A DNA stretch of 64,000 nucleotides from an uncultured virus (IMG/VR IMGVR_UViG_3300037507_003993) (lineage: Duplodnaviria; Heunggongvirae; Uroviricota; Caudoviricetes), in the IMG/VR virus record IMGVR_UViG_3300037507_003993; one strand, 5' to 3'. A model generated the notes under the pieces. That model was not told the origin of the DNA and did no database searches. It saw only the letters and a program-made list of their open reading frames with translations. Position 1 is the stretch's first letter. Every line of letters begins with the position of its first letter. Shown piece after piece: positions 10,296 to 20,700 of the stretch. The translations under genes and the position numbers were made by a program.

Positions 10296-10756
10296 TTCTC
10301 TTCCTTTTCGTCATAGTTGTGGTTGTAGAGCATATCCATTACATCCTCCGGATACAAGAGGAACCCCCTGGCTGGATTATCGGCGCCGCCCAGGTTGATT
10401 TTCTTCTCTTCGCAGAACTTATTACTATTTAACCGTAAAAAGCGCTTGAGTCGAGATACGTCTATCACCACGAATGCTCCTTGAGGTGCATATATATACA
10501 CCCACCATTTTGCTGTGGTGATATTGATTCCACTAAGTACCCAGATTGGGTTCCCGTTTTCGTCTTTTGCGGCCCGAGGATTTTGATTTGTTTCAATCAC
10601 CATTCGACCGTTCCTGTATCGGTCGCTTTTTACCTCGAAGTTCCCTCCAGACATAGCCTCAAGAAACTCACTTACGAGAGATTCTCCTTGGACGCCATAT
10701 TCCAGGTCTTTTTGGAAGTCAAACTGCCTTCCTGGAATATCGTAGAACTTGCTCAT
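10292..10756 (-). CDS. PD-(D/E)XK-like nuclease-fold protein
   Basis: DLEYGVQGE...FEVKSD...MVIE pattern; start at MSKFY, 7 nt after TAAATT. Confidence 0.55.
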   Translation of the reverse strand: MSKFYDIPGRQFDFQKDLEYGVQGESLVSEFLEAMSGGNFEVKSDRYRNGRMVIETNQNPRAAKDENGNPIWVLSGINITTAKWWVYIYAPQGAFVVIDVSRLKRFLRLNSNKFCEEKKINLGGADNPARGFLLYPEDVMDMLYNHNYDEKEEK

Positions 10757-10944
10757 GTGGATAAATTTATCTGAAAAAAATCGCTTTTGCAAGCCTGTTT
10801 ACAGATGTGTCATTTGTCTCTATGGGTCCAAAAATAATCAGCCGGCTATGAGCCGAAATAAATTTATCCAAAGAGGTTGCATTGCTGGTAGCCATCGGTT
10901 AGAGTGGCTATCGCTAGAAGGTACACCTAACCAAGGAGCAATAA

Positions 10945-11184
10945 ATGACTAGCAAATACCAGCAATTGAAGAAAGCAGGCCTCATTAGCCGAGGTCGTAG
11001 CAAGAAGAAGATGACCAAGGAGGAAATCAAGGACCGCGAAGAGCGTGCCAAGATTGCCAACCGTCAACGCCAGGAAGCCCGCCGTCGTGCGTCCATCATC
11101 CTCCAGAAGTCCTACAAGGACGAGTTTGATGACCTCTATCAGCGTGAGCTTGAAGAGTTGAAGTCTGCCCCAGAGCAGAACTGA
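10945..11184 (+). CDS. small basic helical protein
   Basis: 79-aa ORF with AAGGAG SD. Confidence 0.7.
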   Translation: MTSKYQQLKKAGLISRGRSKKKMTKEEIKDREERAKIANRQRQEARRRASIILQKSYKDEFDDLYQRELEELKSAPEQN

Positions 11185-11190
11185 TGGGAT

Positions 11191-11787
11191 ATGGACTACT
11201 GGGGGGACGGTTACCTTTTATTGGAAGGTGCCGTCCCCCAGTCTGTTCTGGATGAATATCTGGGGAGACTAATTCCTGGGGAAAACCATGGACCAAATTC
11301 GTATCTGAAAAACAGAAGCGATTACGTAAATCCAGATTTATCCCGGGTATACAGGCATGTCGACGCGGCAATTAGCGATATCGGCCTTGCTCCAATGCTT
11401 GCAGAAGCGCGTATGTATAGCTCTCGCATCTTTTGGCACAGAGATTGCAACCAGAACGACAAAGAATCCGGCGATTCATACTGTGGTGCAATTTTTGCCC
11501 TTGAGGACATGGAGGATGGCTCGGGCGAATTTGAGTACATCCCTGGCTCTCATCTTTGGGAGATTGACCCGATTGTCATAAACGAGGTTACGATTAAGAC
11601 ACAGCAGGCGGAATGTTTTCACTACTACCAACGCCTGGTTGATGCCAGACAGCCAGAAATCAAGCGCTTTAGGCATAGGGCGGGTGATGTAATGATTTGG
11701 CACGGACATTTGCTTCACCGCGGAGCCGAACCTACGAACTATTCAGCCAGGAGACATTCCCTGACTATTCACTACTCGAAAAGCTAG
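11191..11787 (+). CDS. PhyH-like 2OG-Fe(II) dioxygenase
   Basis: WHRD, ALED...GEFEYIPGSH, AGDVMIWHGHLLHRG...R. Confidence 0.8.
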   Translation: MDYWGDGYLLLEGAVPQSVLDEYLGRLIPGENHGPNSYLKNRSDYVNPDLSRVYRHVDAAISDIGLAPMLAEARMYSSRIFWHRDCNQNDKESGDSYCGAIFALEDMEDGSGEFEYIPGSHLWEIDPIVINEVTIKTQQAECFHYYQRLVDARQPEIKRFRHRAGDVMIWHGHLLHRGAEPTNYSARRHSLTIHYSKS

Positions 11788-11983
11788 GCGCCTTTTCTTC
11801 CGTTGTTCCCCATCATGTCGCCAATTGTTGGCAGGTACTTGTCACTCATGGTTTTGATTCGGAGTGCGTCAGTGCGAAGGATTTTTTGCGCAGCTTCAAT
11901 TTTCGCATTTTTTAGCTTAAGCAGATTGACTTCCGTAATGAGGTCGTTAATAAGCTTTTTCATTTCTACGATTTCTTCTTCCA
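11784..11983 (-). CDS. small coiled-coil protein (start approximate)
   Basis: MEEEIVEMKK... preceded by GGAGG SD. Confidence 0.55.
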
Positions 11984-12037
11984 TGCCACCTCCTATGAGC
12001 GATTTCAAATCATAGCGGACACTAGCCGCCGTGGTGA

Positions 12038-12406
12038 TTAGCGTTTGGCAACTACTCCGTCGGGAATGATGGCAAAACGACAGTATCCATCTGGCTCAAC
12101 GTTCATGGAAATTATTGAGCACGAGGAGCCGCCCTGATACAGGACGCAATTGGAGCATTTGACACCGATTCTCTTGTTGTCATTCTCTTTTGCTGGCGTA
12201 TAGCCGGCCCAGATTCCGGTTCGGTCTTCATTGAATTTGCCGTACTTTTTCGCAATCATCAAGAGGGCATTCGCCAGGTCTCTTTCTTCATCTACAAGCT
12301 GGCCCATCTTGTCGCCGGGCTTTTCAACCACGAGTTTGGCGCCATTTGTGAGCACTGCTATGAGCTTTTCGAATCCATGATTATTCATATGTATATATTG
12401 TGGCAT
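12038..12406 (-). CDS. protein with C-terminal HiPIP-like four-Cys motif
   Basis: KCSNCVLYQGGSSCSIISMNVEPDGYCRF. Confidence 0.55.
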   Translation of the reverse strand: MPQYIHMNNHGFEKLIAVLTNGAKLVVEKPGDKMGQLVDEERDLANALLMIAKKYGKFNEDRTGIWAGYTPAKENDNKRIGVKCSNCVLYQGGSSCSIISMNVEPDGYCRFAIIPDGVVAKR

Positions 12407-12420
12407 AGATTACAAGGTCT

Positions 12421-12963
12421 CTAGCCAACGCTGACAAGGTCGACGATTAGGTGAATTCTGTCAGTTGTGCCACCGTTGATAACGGAGTGGTACTTGTTTG
12501 TATTGTCTATTGCCCATGCCTGGCCGGCTGGTATATTCATTGATTCTTCAGCCACTGAAAACAGGCATAATTCGTTTGTTTTTACAGCTAAGTGAACTCT
12601 ATGGGATTTCGCCGTTATTGGCCCCATGTCTCTGTGTCGCTTTATTTCCACCCCTGCCCTGAGGTTTGTTAGCATTGACTGCCTCACGGAGGTTTCGCCA
12701 AAAATTGGAATAGACAGAATACGAAGCTCCTCTATGTATTTTGAAATCGCATTATGTATTTCGTGGTGGATAAGTTTATCCGCGGATGGATTCGGATTAT
12801 AAATTATCGGTATCGTATCGGTTTTCTCGGCTGCAGCACCACCTCTAATTTTTCTGTCTTTATATCTGCGCCAATCTTCGTCACTGAATGATTCAACTAG
12901 TTTGAGGAGTTCGTCAAATGAAGGAAGAAATCCAACATATTTAAAAGAAAAATCTTCTCTCAT
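12421..12963 (-). CDS. Asp/Asn beta-hydroxylase-like 2OG-Fe(II) oxygenase
   Basis: IKRHRD, RVHLAV, IDNTNKYHSVINGGTTDRIHLIVD. Confidence 0.8.
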   Translation of the reverse strand: MREDFSFKYVGFLPSFDELLKLVESFSDEDWRRYKDRKIRGGAAAEKTDTIPIIYNPNPSADKLIHHEIHNAISKYIEELRILSIPIFGETSVRQSMLTNLRAGVEIKRHRDMGPITAKSHRVHLAVKTNELCLFSVAEESMNIPAGQAWAIDNTNKYHSVINGGTTDRIHLIVDLVSVG

Positions 12964-12971
12964 ATCTCCCC

Positions 12972-13017
12972 AAAAATACGAAAGGCCCCACCTAGGCTTT
13001 TCAGCTTTGGTGGGGCC
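12972..13017 (-). terminator. intrinsic terminator after major capsid gene
   Basis: Minus strand GGCCCCACC...GGTGGGGCC stem followed by TTTCGTATTTTT. Confidence 0.75.
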
Positions 13018-13044
13018 CCTCGCGGGTTATTAATCAGTTAAGGC

Positions 13045-14385
13045 TTAGGCCTCTGGTGCACTGTCGAACGTGACCTTCACGAACGCTTCTGGTCGCTTGA
13101 CAGCAAGAGCAAGTCTTTGCTCTGCCAAGATGACAATTGCGTTGCGGATGAAGAAGTCCGAGTGCTGTTCGCTGATTCGGATGCTTGCTTGCTCACGGTC
13201 GTAGAGCTGAGCACCGGTACCGAAGGCGCCGACGAGAGCTGTGCCCTCGGTCATTGCTGGGGTATCGATAACTGGCATTCTCCACACTCGTGGCTCGCCA
13301 CCCATTGCCACTGATACAGCGACCAGGTACTGGCCGTTTGCATCCTTGGTCAATTCGATGTCTTCCCAATCGTTCGGGTGAAGAACGATGCCCGTTGGCT
13401 CATAGTAAGCCAAGAAGGACAAGGTTGCCGCGCGACGAAGTGCATCTGCCTTGGTGTCTGCAACCGGAGTTGAAGCACCAGCTGACCAGTCGTAGTCTTG
13501 GATGCCAGCTGTCTGAAGAACGCCGGTCAGGTTTTCGCCCGAGCCGTTGCCGTTCAGAATCTGGTTGTCCTCGAGGAGACGGAGGCCGTACATCAACTCA
13601 TTGTCGATGATGCTGCGAAGCTGCGGCTCATCGGCAAGAACGTTACGGTGTGCTGCTTCCCAGTGCGCGAGAGTGCGAACTGGAGCCTGCTCACCAACGA
13701 ACTGGAACGACGACTGTGGCTTGAGGCCAAACGTTGCTGAAGCTGAACGCTCGGCAACTGCAGCCGCATTGTTTGTGCCACCGCCCGAGAGGGTTGTGAA
13801 GCCCAATTGGCGGAAGTACTCAATGACGGCAGCCGATGTCGTGCGAACTGGGAACAGGTCGCGGACGCGCTTCGTGCGGGTTGGAGGAGTGACGATTGGG
13901 TCTCTCTGGATTGTGCCGAACGAACCAGGTGTACCTGATGGCAAAGCCGAATAGACGTCCTTGACGTTGTACGAGGTCATCGATGCGGCAATCTGCCATG
14001 GTGCAACCATGTTTGCGCCGTTACGACCACCAGCCAATGACTTGAACTCATTTGACTCGACGAACATCTGACCAATGGTCTTGATTTCGCGCGATGTCAG
14101 CTGATTGATGTCAGCAGCGCCAGCAGCGTGAGCCTGAGCAATCGATGATGTGGACTCTGAGTTGCCCCAGCTTGACACTTCATTCATTTGCTCAAGACCC
14201 TCAATGAGGCCCTTGATTTCGCGGATATCAGACATGTTCTTATCGAACGCAGTCTTTTGTTCTGAAGACACAACTACGGTGCCTTCCTCGACCTTGAACG
14301 AATCGGCAATTGCCTTGTTCTCAGCCATTTTTGTGCGGAGTGCTGTTTGCAGCTCCTTCACTCTTGATTCATCGTGCGATGACAT
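13045..14385 (-). CDS. HK97-fold major capsid protein with N-terminal delta/scaffold domain
   Basis: Coiled-coil N-terminus, RVRDLFP, EDNQILNGNG, LHPNDW, DANGQY, FIRNAIVILAEQRL...VKRPEAFV; AAGGAGAG SD. Confidence 0.93.
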   Translation of the reverse strand: MSSHDESRVKELQTALRTKMAENKAIADSFKVEEGTVVVSSEQKTAFDKNMSDIREIKGLIEGLEQMNEVSSWGNSESTSSIAQAHAAGAADINQLTSREIKTIGQMFVESNEFKSLAGGRNGANMVAPWQIAASMTSYNVKDVYSALPSGTPGSFGTIQRDPIVTPPTRTKRVRDLFPVRTTSAAVIEYFRQLGFTTLSGGGTNNAAAVAERSASATFGLKPQSSFQFVGEQAPVRTLAHWEAAHRNVLADEPQLRSIIDNELMYGLRLLEDNQILNGNGSGENLTGVLQTAGIQDYDWSAGASTPVADTKADALRRAATLSFLAYYEPTGIVLHPNDWEDIELTKDANGQYLVAVSVAMGGEPRVWRMPVIDTPAMTEGTALVGAFGTGAQLYDREQASIRISEQHSDFFIRNAIVILAEQRLALAVKRPEAFVKVTFDSAPEA

Positions 14386-14533
14386 TTTAACTCTCCTTGT
14401 TTTAGAGTCTTGAAGTTGGTTTGGAATTCATAACACTTCGACTCAGGTGAGCACCCAGCCTTATATGTCTAGTACCTACAGTATCAAACTAATTGTTGTG
14501 TGTAGTGGATGTTTTGATAACTACCACATAAAT

Positions 14534-14728
14534 TCAGTTTGGTAAAATAACCCCTTGACCAGAGTTTCTAATTTCCGTAACTTGGTTTTTTATTCTTCTG
14601 TACAAAGCCATGTTTTTAGGAGACGGGTCCACCCCAACTTCTTCGAGTGTTTTGTATGTGGACGCCGCAAAAATGATTGCATCCATTGGGTTATTTGAGT
14701 CGTCTGGATTTTTTGATTTTTTTGCCAT
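14534..14728 (-). CDS. small hypothetical protein
   Basis: 64-aa ORF starting 2 nt after the giant gene stop. Confidence 0.6.
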   Translation of the reverse strand: MAKKSKNPDDSNNPMDAIIFAASTYKTLEEVGVDPSPKNMALYRRIKNQVTEIRNSGQGVILPN

Positions 14729-14730
14729 GA

Positions 14731-17700
14731 CTATTTTCCTTTGCCTTTTGGACCAAGTTTAGTGCGTTTTACTGACTTTTCCTTAGCAATGCGCATGTCA
14801 AGAATTATTTCTTCCTCGCTGCGACGTGTCAAATAAGCAAATACTTCTTCCTTGGCAACCTGAAGCTCTTCTAAAATTATGTCGTCTTCGTCTCTGGCAA
14901 ACCTGCGCGCAAACCATTCAGCCACGTCCTTGCTAGTACTCCATGACATACCGAATTCTTCCGGGTCACCACTTGAGTACCCACGATACACGGTGAATTT
15001 GTTGGGAAGTTTGCCAAGCTCCGCTCGCTCGTCATCGTTCATGAAGAAATCACGGGAGCCACGATTGCTCTGGAGAAGCTCAAGCCATCTGTCAGATTCC
15101 GTTCCGATGCTTTCACTATCAACCCAGATGCTTGAAAGATTTTCCCAATATTGCTCATCTGTCATTTCGTCCATCACGTCTTCGAAAGCTTGTATTCTGT
15201 AAGCCCTTTCATGAAGGTATATATACTTGCTCCAATTTTTATCTTTATATGCTTCTTCTGTTCCTTTGCGTTTTGCATCAATACCATTGTTTAGGTAGTC
15301 AATCATGTTTGGCGCAACTGGACCAATCCAGAAAAGGAGAGGATGTTTTATCGCTTTCCCAAATAGGTCATCGTCAACCATGTAGTCTTTGAGCTCATCA
15401 TCAAGGTCGTCAAGACTCTTCCAGGTGCTCGGGTCTCCAAACGGATTTTTGGAATTCATTGCTCCGGTTATGGTTCCTTTTCTATTGAACTTTGCCTGCG
15501 CGCTCTTCATGAAGTCCATTGGAATACCGTATTCCCAAGCAAACTTTCGTCCAATTGGGTCGGTTGCAGTAACTCCAACTGCAGACATTTCGGTAAATGC
15601 TTGTTCTAGTTTTTTGACAATTGCATCACCAAGTACGCCTTCTGCGTATTCCGTGATTTCGTTGTCGTTTAGTGTCCCGATTTTCTCATCATCAAAGGGC
15701 CATACTGCCGACAAACTGCTTTTTTCACGGTAAGCCCAAGTAGCAAAAATATGATTAGTGCGCATATTTTTAAGTCCATCTACCAGTTCTTTGTCTGATA
15801 TTCCGTCTCGCAAATAAGACGAGATAAGTTTTCTAAACGGAGTTGATTCTTTTGCATACTTGAACATTGTGGTTAGCTGTTCGTTGGATTTAGCAACTTC
15901 GGCCAGAATGCCAGATGATTTATAGCGGGTCAGGTCAGGAGCTGGGTCGCCAACAGACATTGGCGGCACACCATCAATTGGTATGAGAGGCCTATCACTT
16001 CGGCCTCGGCCCGGGATTGGCATATCGTCTTCGTCTGTGGGCGAGTCATCCCAAAATGATTTGTAGTAATCTTCCTCGGCATCACGGATGTCCTCATCCG
16101 TATACAATGGGTCCTCGGTAATGTCGTCTTCTTGATAGATTGGGCGAGGTGGGCCATCTGGCTCACGTGGAGACCTTGGGCGGAATGGACTGTCCCAGCT
16201 ATACGCCGTGCCAGGCGCGCCCACTACATTCTCTTCTGTCAAGGTTTTGAAAATACTTGACTTTCGTATTTTAAGTTCTTTGGCAATTTCTGAAACAGTA
16301 GCTCCTCTTTTAAACATTTTGTGAGCGTCATACACCCAGGATGACGGAAATTCCAAATCTCTACGATTAGGGAACAAACTCAAGTCAGGCCTATCCACCA
16401 ATGGATGGTCACCGTAATCTTCGAAGAAGTCTGCATGCGCAAATGCGCGCGGGTCCAAAATTTCAAGTGTTTTTCCCTTTTCTTTTTGGGCCAGCAATAC
16501 TTTTTTATTTCCGTCCCAACCCCATAAGTAAAATTCGTCCGACTTTTGGGCAACTTCTGGAATTATATAGAAATTTCTGGCCATGGTGGCGCTGATTATG
16601 TGTCTGGGAAGTTTTCTGGGGTCGGTCAACTGCCTCATGTCGATACGTTCTTGAAGAAATTCTTCCGGCGCAACAACATAATGCGCAGTTATTTCGTAGC
16701 CTGCCGCCTTGGCGTAATCCAGGGTTCCATATCCCCTGTTGTATTGGCCCGTAGAGTCATAAACAACATCTTTGTCCCTATCTAAAGCAACTCGAAGCGC
16801 CATATCGGAAATAACTCTCGATTCCTCGTGGGCAACTGTTCCCCACTCGGTGTCTCCGGCGGCGTGCGCAGCTACGGCCTCTGGGATTACGGTTTTAATT
16901 TCGTCAGCGTCAACGTGAACTGCGGAATCGACATCGGGGATTCCAGCTTCTCCTGATTTCCTCATTGTTGATTTTCCACTACCAGGAGCTCCACCGACAG
17001 AAATGAATCGCTTTGGCTCCCCCGGCTTGCGGTTCTTTTTTACAGCTTCAGACATTCCGACGGCAACTTTTGTATATAGGTCAAAGAAACGTTCGTCTGT
17101 TACTTTTGTTGTTCCCTGTCCGAATGTGTTTGGTACTTCGATTCCTTCGTTTCGTTTTTCTGGTCGGTGATTTCGCATCGAGTCCCATAGATTTGGGTCG
17201 TGCTTAATTGATGGGGGAACATATCCAATTCTGTCACTGAGAGTTTTGTCGATTGGGGGCAGGGCAGCGCCACTTCGTGGATTTGGATAGGGCGGTCTTG
17301 GCGGAGCCTGTCTGGTTGGTCTTGTTTCCGATGGCTCTTCTTGAGGTGCTTGATTATCTCTTTGCGAAGTGAATCCGAATGGAAAATCAGGGCGCTGATT
17401 TCCCTGGTTTTGATTCTGTTGCGCACGACGCTCTATTTCTGGGTAGAAATTATTATCGTAGTCACTTCTCTGTCGAGCATCTGAGAGAATCTCCCATGCC
17501 TCACTTGCCGCCCTAAATCGCGCTGCGGCAGAAACATCACCTTTGTTTCTATCCGGGTGATATTTTTTTGCTAAGTCTCTAAACTTCTTTTTTAGAACAG
17601 CCAGGGAGTCATTTTTATCTGCCTCTAAATCTTTATAAAAGTCTCTTCCCGACCACTGTTTCCTGGGAATCGCCATCCGGCCCACAACGGACACATCAAA

Positions 17701-20700
17701 AACCCCATCCGGCATATCTCTAACAATTCTTTTTGCCCGTTCATTTGTCAGCTCGCGTCGACTAGATGTTCTATCCTGTGTTGCTATTTCAAGAATTTCT
17801 TTTCTCACATCGTTGAATTTTTTACGCGTGGACAAAATGCTATTACCCAAAAGCGACACATCACCATTTCTATCAATTGCATTTCTCCGACCGTTTATGA
17901 CAGGAACCAGTGAGTTTTTTATTGGGAACCCAACAAATTTTTTAGATTCCTGTCTGGATGCGCGACGTTGGTTATCTGGCGTATTCGACTCGTCTGCTTC
18001 GCGAATTGCTCTTTGGGCATCCCTGAATCGTTTTTGTCTTTCAGAAATAGACATCTTTTCTCTCGGCATCCAGTCAAGGTCACCATTGTTCCACTTTTTG
18101 TTTGAAGTTGGCATCGATGATTGTGGGAGAATTGCATCAAGGCGAGCAGCGGCAATTCTCAATTCCGGTATGTTGTAGAAGTTATTTATGTCGCGTTCTG
18201 TTGTTTTGTTAAACCAGCCATCACGGCCGACTCCCCAAAATGGATACCATCTTCCTGGTTCAACATTGCTTTTGCCGCCACGACCAGAACTCATGTAAAA
18301 CGGAACATTTATTTCGTCGTAGAATCTAACGACAACCACCGGTCTCTGTGCAAGAGTTAAAATTCCTGAATTGTAAAGTTCTCCGTCTGGCCCAGAAAAC
18401 TCAAATTCGTAAGCCTTGGCCATCGGAAGAAGTTCGGTCTGTCTAAGATTTTGGGATGCACTTTCTATAAGTTGCATATCTGATTCGCTTGGTCGCGAAT
18501 CAAATGGATATCTCCTGTTGTCGTCTTTCAGGCTATTGGTAGTCCGTTTAACAAAATCGCGAGGAGGTCTGCTCTGAATTTGGCCACTGATAACATCATT
18601 CCGAATGCGACCAGCTATTGCATTTGATGCAGACCGATTAGAGATTTTTTTTTTGCCCGCTGACGTTACCCCGGATACCGGGGAGCCAAAATTTAACGCT
18701 CTTGCTGTGCTTGAGCCCCTCGGCAGTCCGCCGTATCTGTCACCGACGTAATCCGGGCTCGACGGGTCATCAAATTTGGGAATATAACTTTGCCTCTTGC
18801 CGACTATTAATCCTTCTTCATCGAAAATGAATCGGTCGTCTCCACTTGCTCGCGCTATTTCCGCTTCGCGCTGCAGGTTGTCCCATTCTCTTGTCCCAGG
18901 CATTGGTCTACGGTAATACATGTCGCTGATGCCAAGGTCTCGCTTGGAGTCGTTTATATCAAACCCAAGAAAACCGTCGTCGATGTCATCAGTTATTTCA
19001 TCAGAGCCAAGATGATGCGGCATCTTAACAAAGTTGTCATACTGTCTGTATTCTCCAAGTATTGCATCTGCGACCCATGGCGGACGAACCTTATTTGTTG
19101 ATGGCTCAACATACTGAGACATTGGCCAAGAGTCAAATAATCTGTCAAGCTCTGGAAGCTCCGATAGGTCGTCGTTGTTGTCAAAGTCGAAGTTGTCGTA
19201 CGACTCTCTGGCTGCAGGGTTGGACAAAACCTTGTAGGCCTCCGAGATTGTGTACAAGCGGTCAACAGAGTTTGGCTCATTCTTCATCGCCCTGGACATA
19301 ATGCCAGAAACTTCAAAAGTAAAAGCATCGTCAATCTCGCGCTGGGACGCCAATTCCTCAACTCCTAGCTCTCTGTAAAGATTTCGCGAGTCAATATTTC
19401 TGACACCCTTCATTGCGCCGCTTATTCCATCGGAGTTGTTCAACTTGGACATAACAGCAATCTGTCGAGCTCTCACGGACTCTGAGGGAACCTCAAAATA
19501 CCTAGCGATATCGTCGATGGAGGCACCGTCATTACGCATATTAATAAAATCAATGTCCGCACCACTCAGAGAGGAATTATTCGTCGCGAGGACGCGCCGA
19601 AGCGCTTTGTGTTTGAATGTGTCAGTTTTTTCAATTGCTGAAGAGTAAGAGTTGATTGATTGACGCACAGCATCCTCTGACATCCCGAATCTTGAGGCAA
19701 TATCCCTCACAGAAGACCCCATATGCTGATTCATTACGTAAATGTCTTTGTCGTTATTTCGGAAGTCTCTAAGGTCCCTTGCGTTGAAATAAACGCCATC
19801 TCCCTCAATATCGGTCATACCGCCAACCATGTAGTTCATGCTTGGAGTTCTTCTGTGGTTGATTACGTCGAGTTCGCGCTTGACTCCCATAAATTCATCA
19901 GAATTGTTTCTGCGAAGTTTATAAAGAGCTCGCTGCTCTATGGTCTTTACTCGTCCATTGTCCATTTTTGTGACTTCAGATATATCAGAAATCGAAAGAC
20001 CATCGAGTCTCATTCTTGTAATTTGCTCTTCGTCTCGGGAAAGCACATCTGCTTCGATATCGGTTAGCGCTTTACGGTAGATGGCGTGGTGCTCCGGCTG
20101 CAGCGATTCCACGTTATCCCTGTATGACTCAACCGATTCTCTAACCTCTGATTCGGGAAGTTTGTACTTTCTAGATATTTCCGAAAGAGACATTCGCTTA
20201 TATATTGAATCTACATACAATGCTTTTTGATTTGGAGACTGCTCATAGCGACGGATTACATCACGCATGTCTCCAGTAGTTGTCGAGCCATCTTTTTCTT
20301 GCATGCCCAGTCGACGAAGAGTTTTTCCGACCCTGGCTGAAGAAATATCCAAGAAGTCGGCTATCTCTGGCGTGGACATTCCCTCAAGAGCGAGTATCAT
20401 TACGTCTTTTGCAGCATCGTTTCTTTGCTTAGTAAATTCATCCTGTGGCTCCACCCTGCGAAGCGCAGGTCCGGTGTGCCGCGGATTTCCGGCAATACTG
20501 AGTTTTCTTTCCGAGATTATTCTAAAAATAAGTTCATCCGTTGGGGCTAAGCCGGCAAGCTCATTGCCCCTGCCTGCCTGTGAATTATGACCCCTAACGA
20601 GGTCTTTGGGTTCTGGCGAATTTCCATTGTTGCGGACTGCGAATTCAAGCGCTGCTTTATCTGACATGAATTTAGCAATTGAGTACTTGTCCATACCGGT

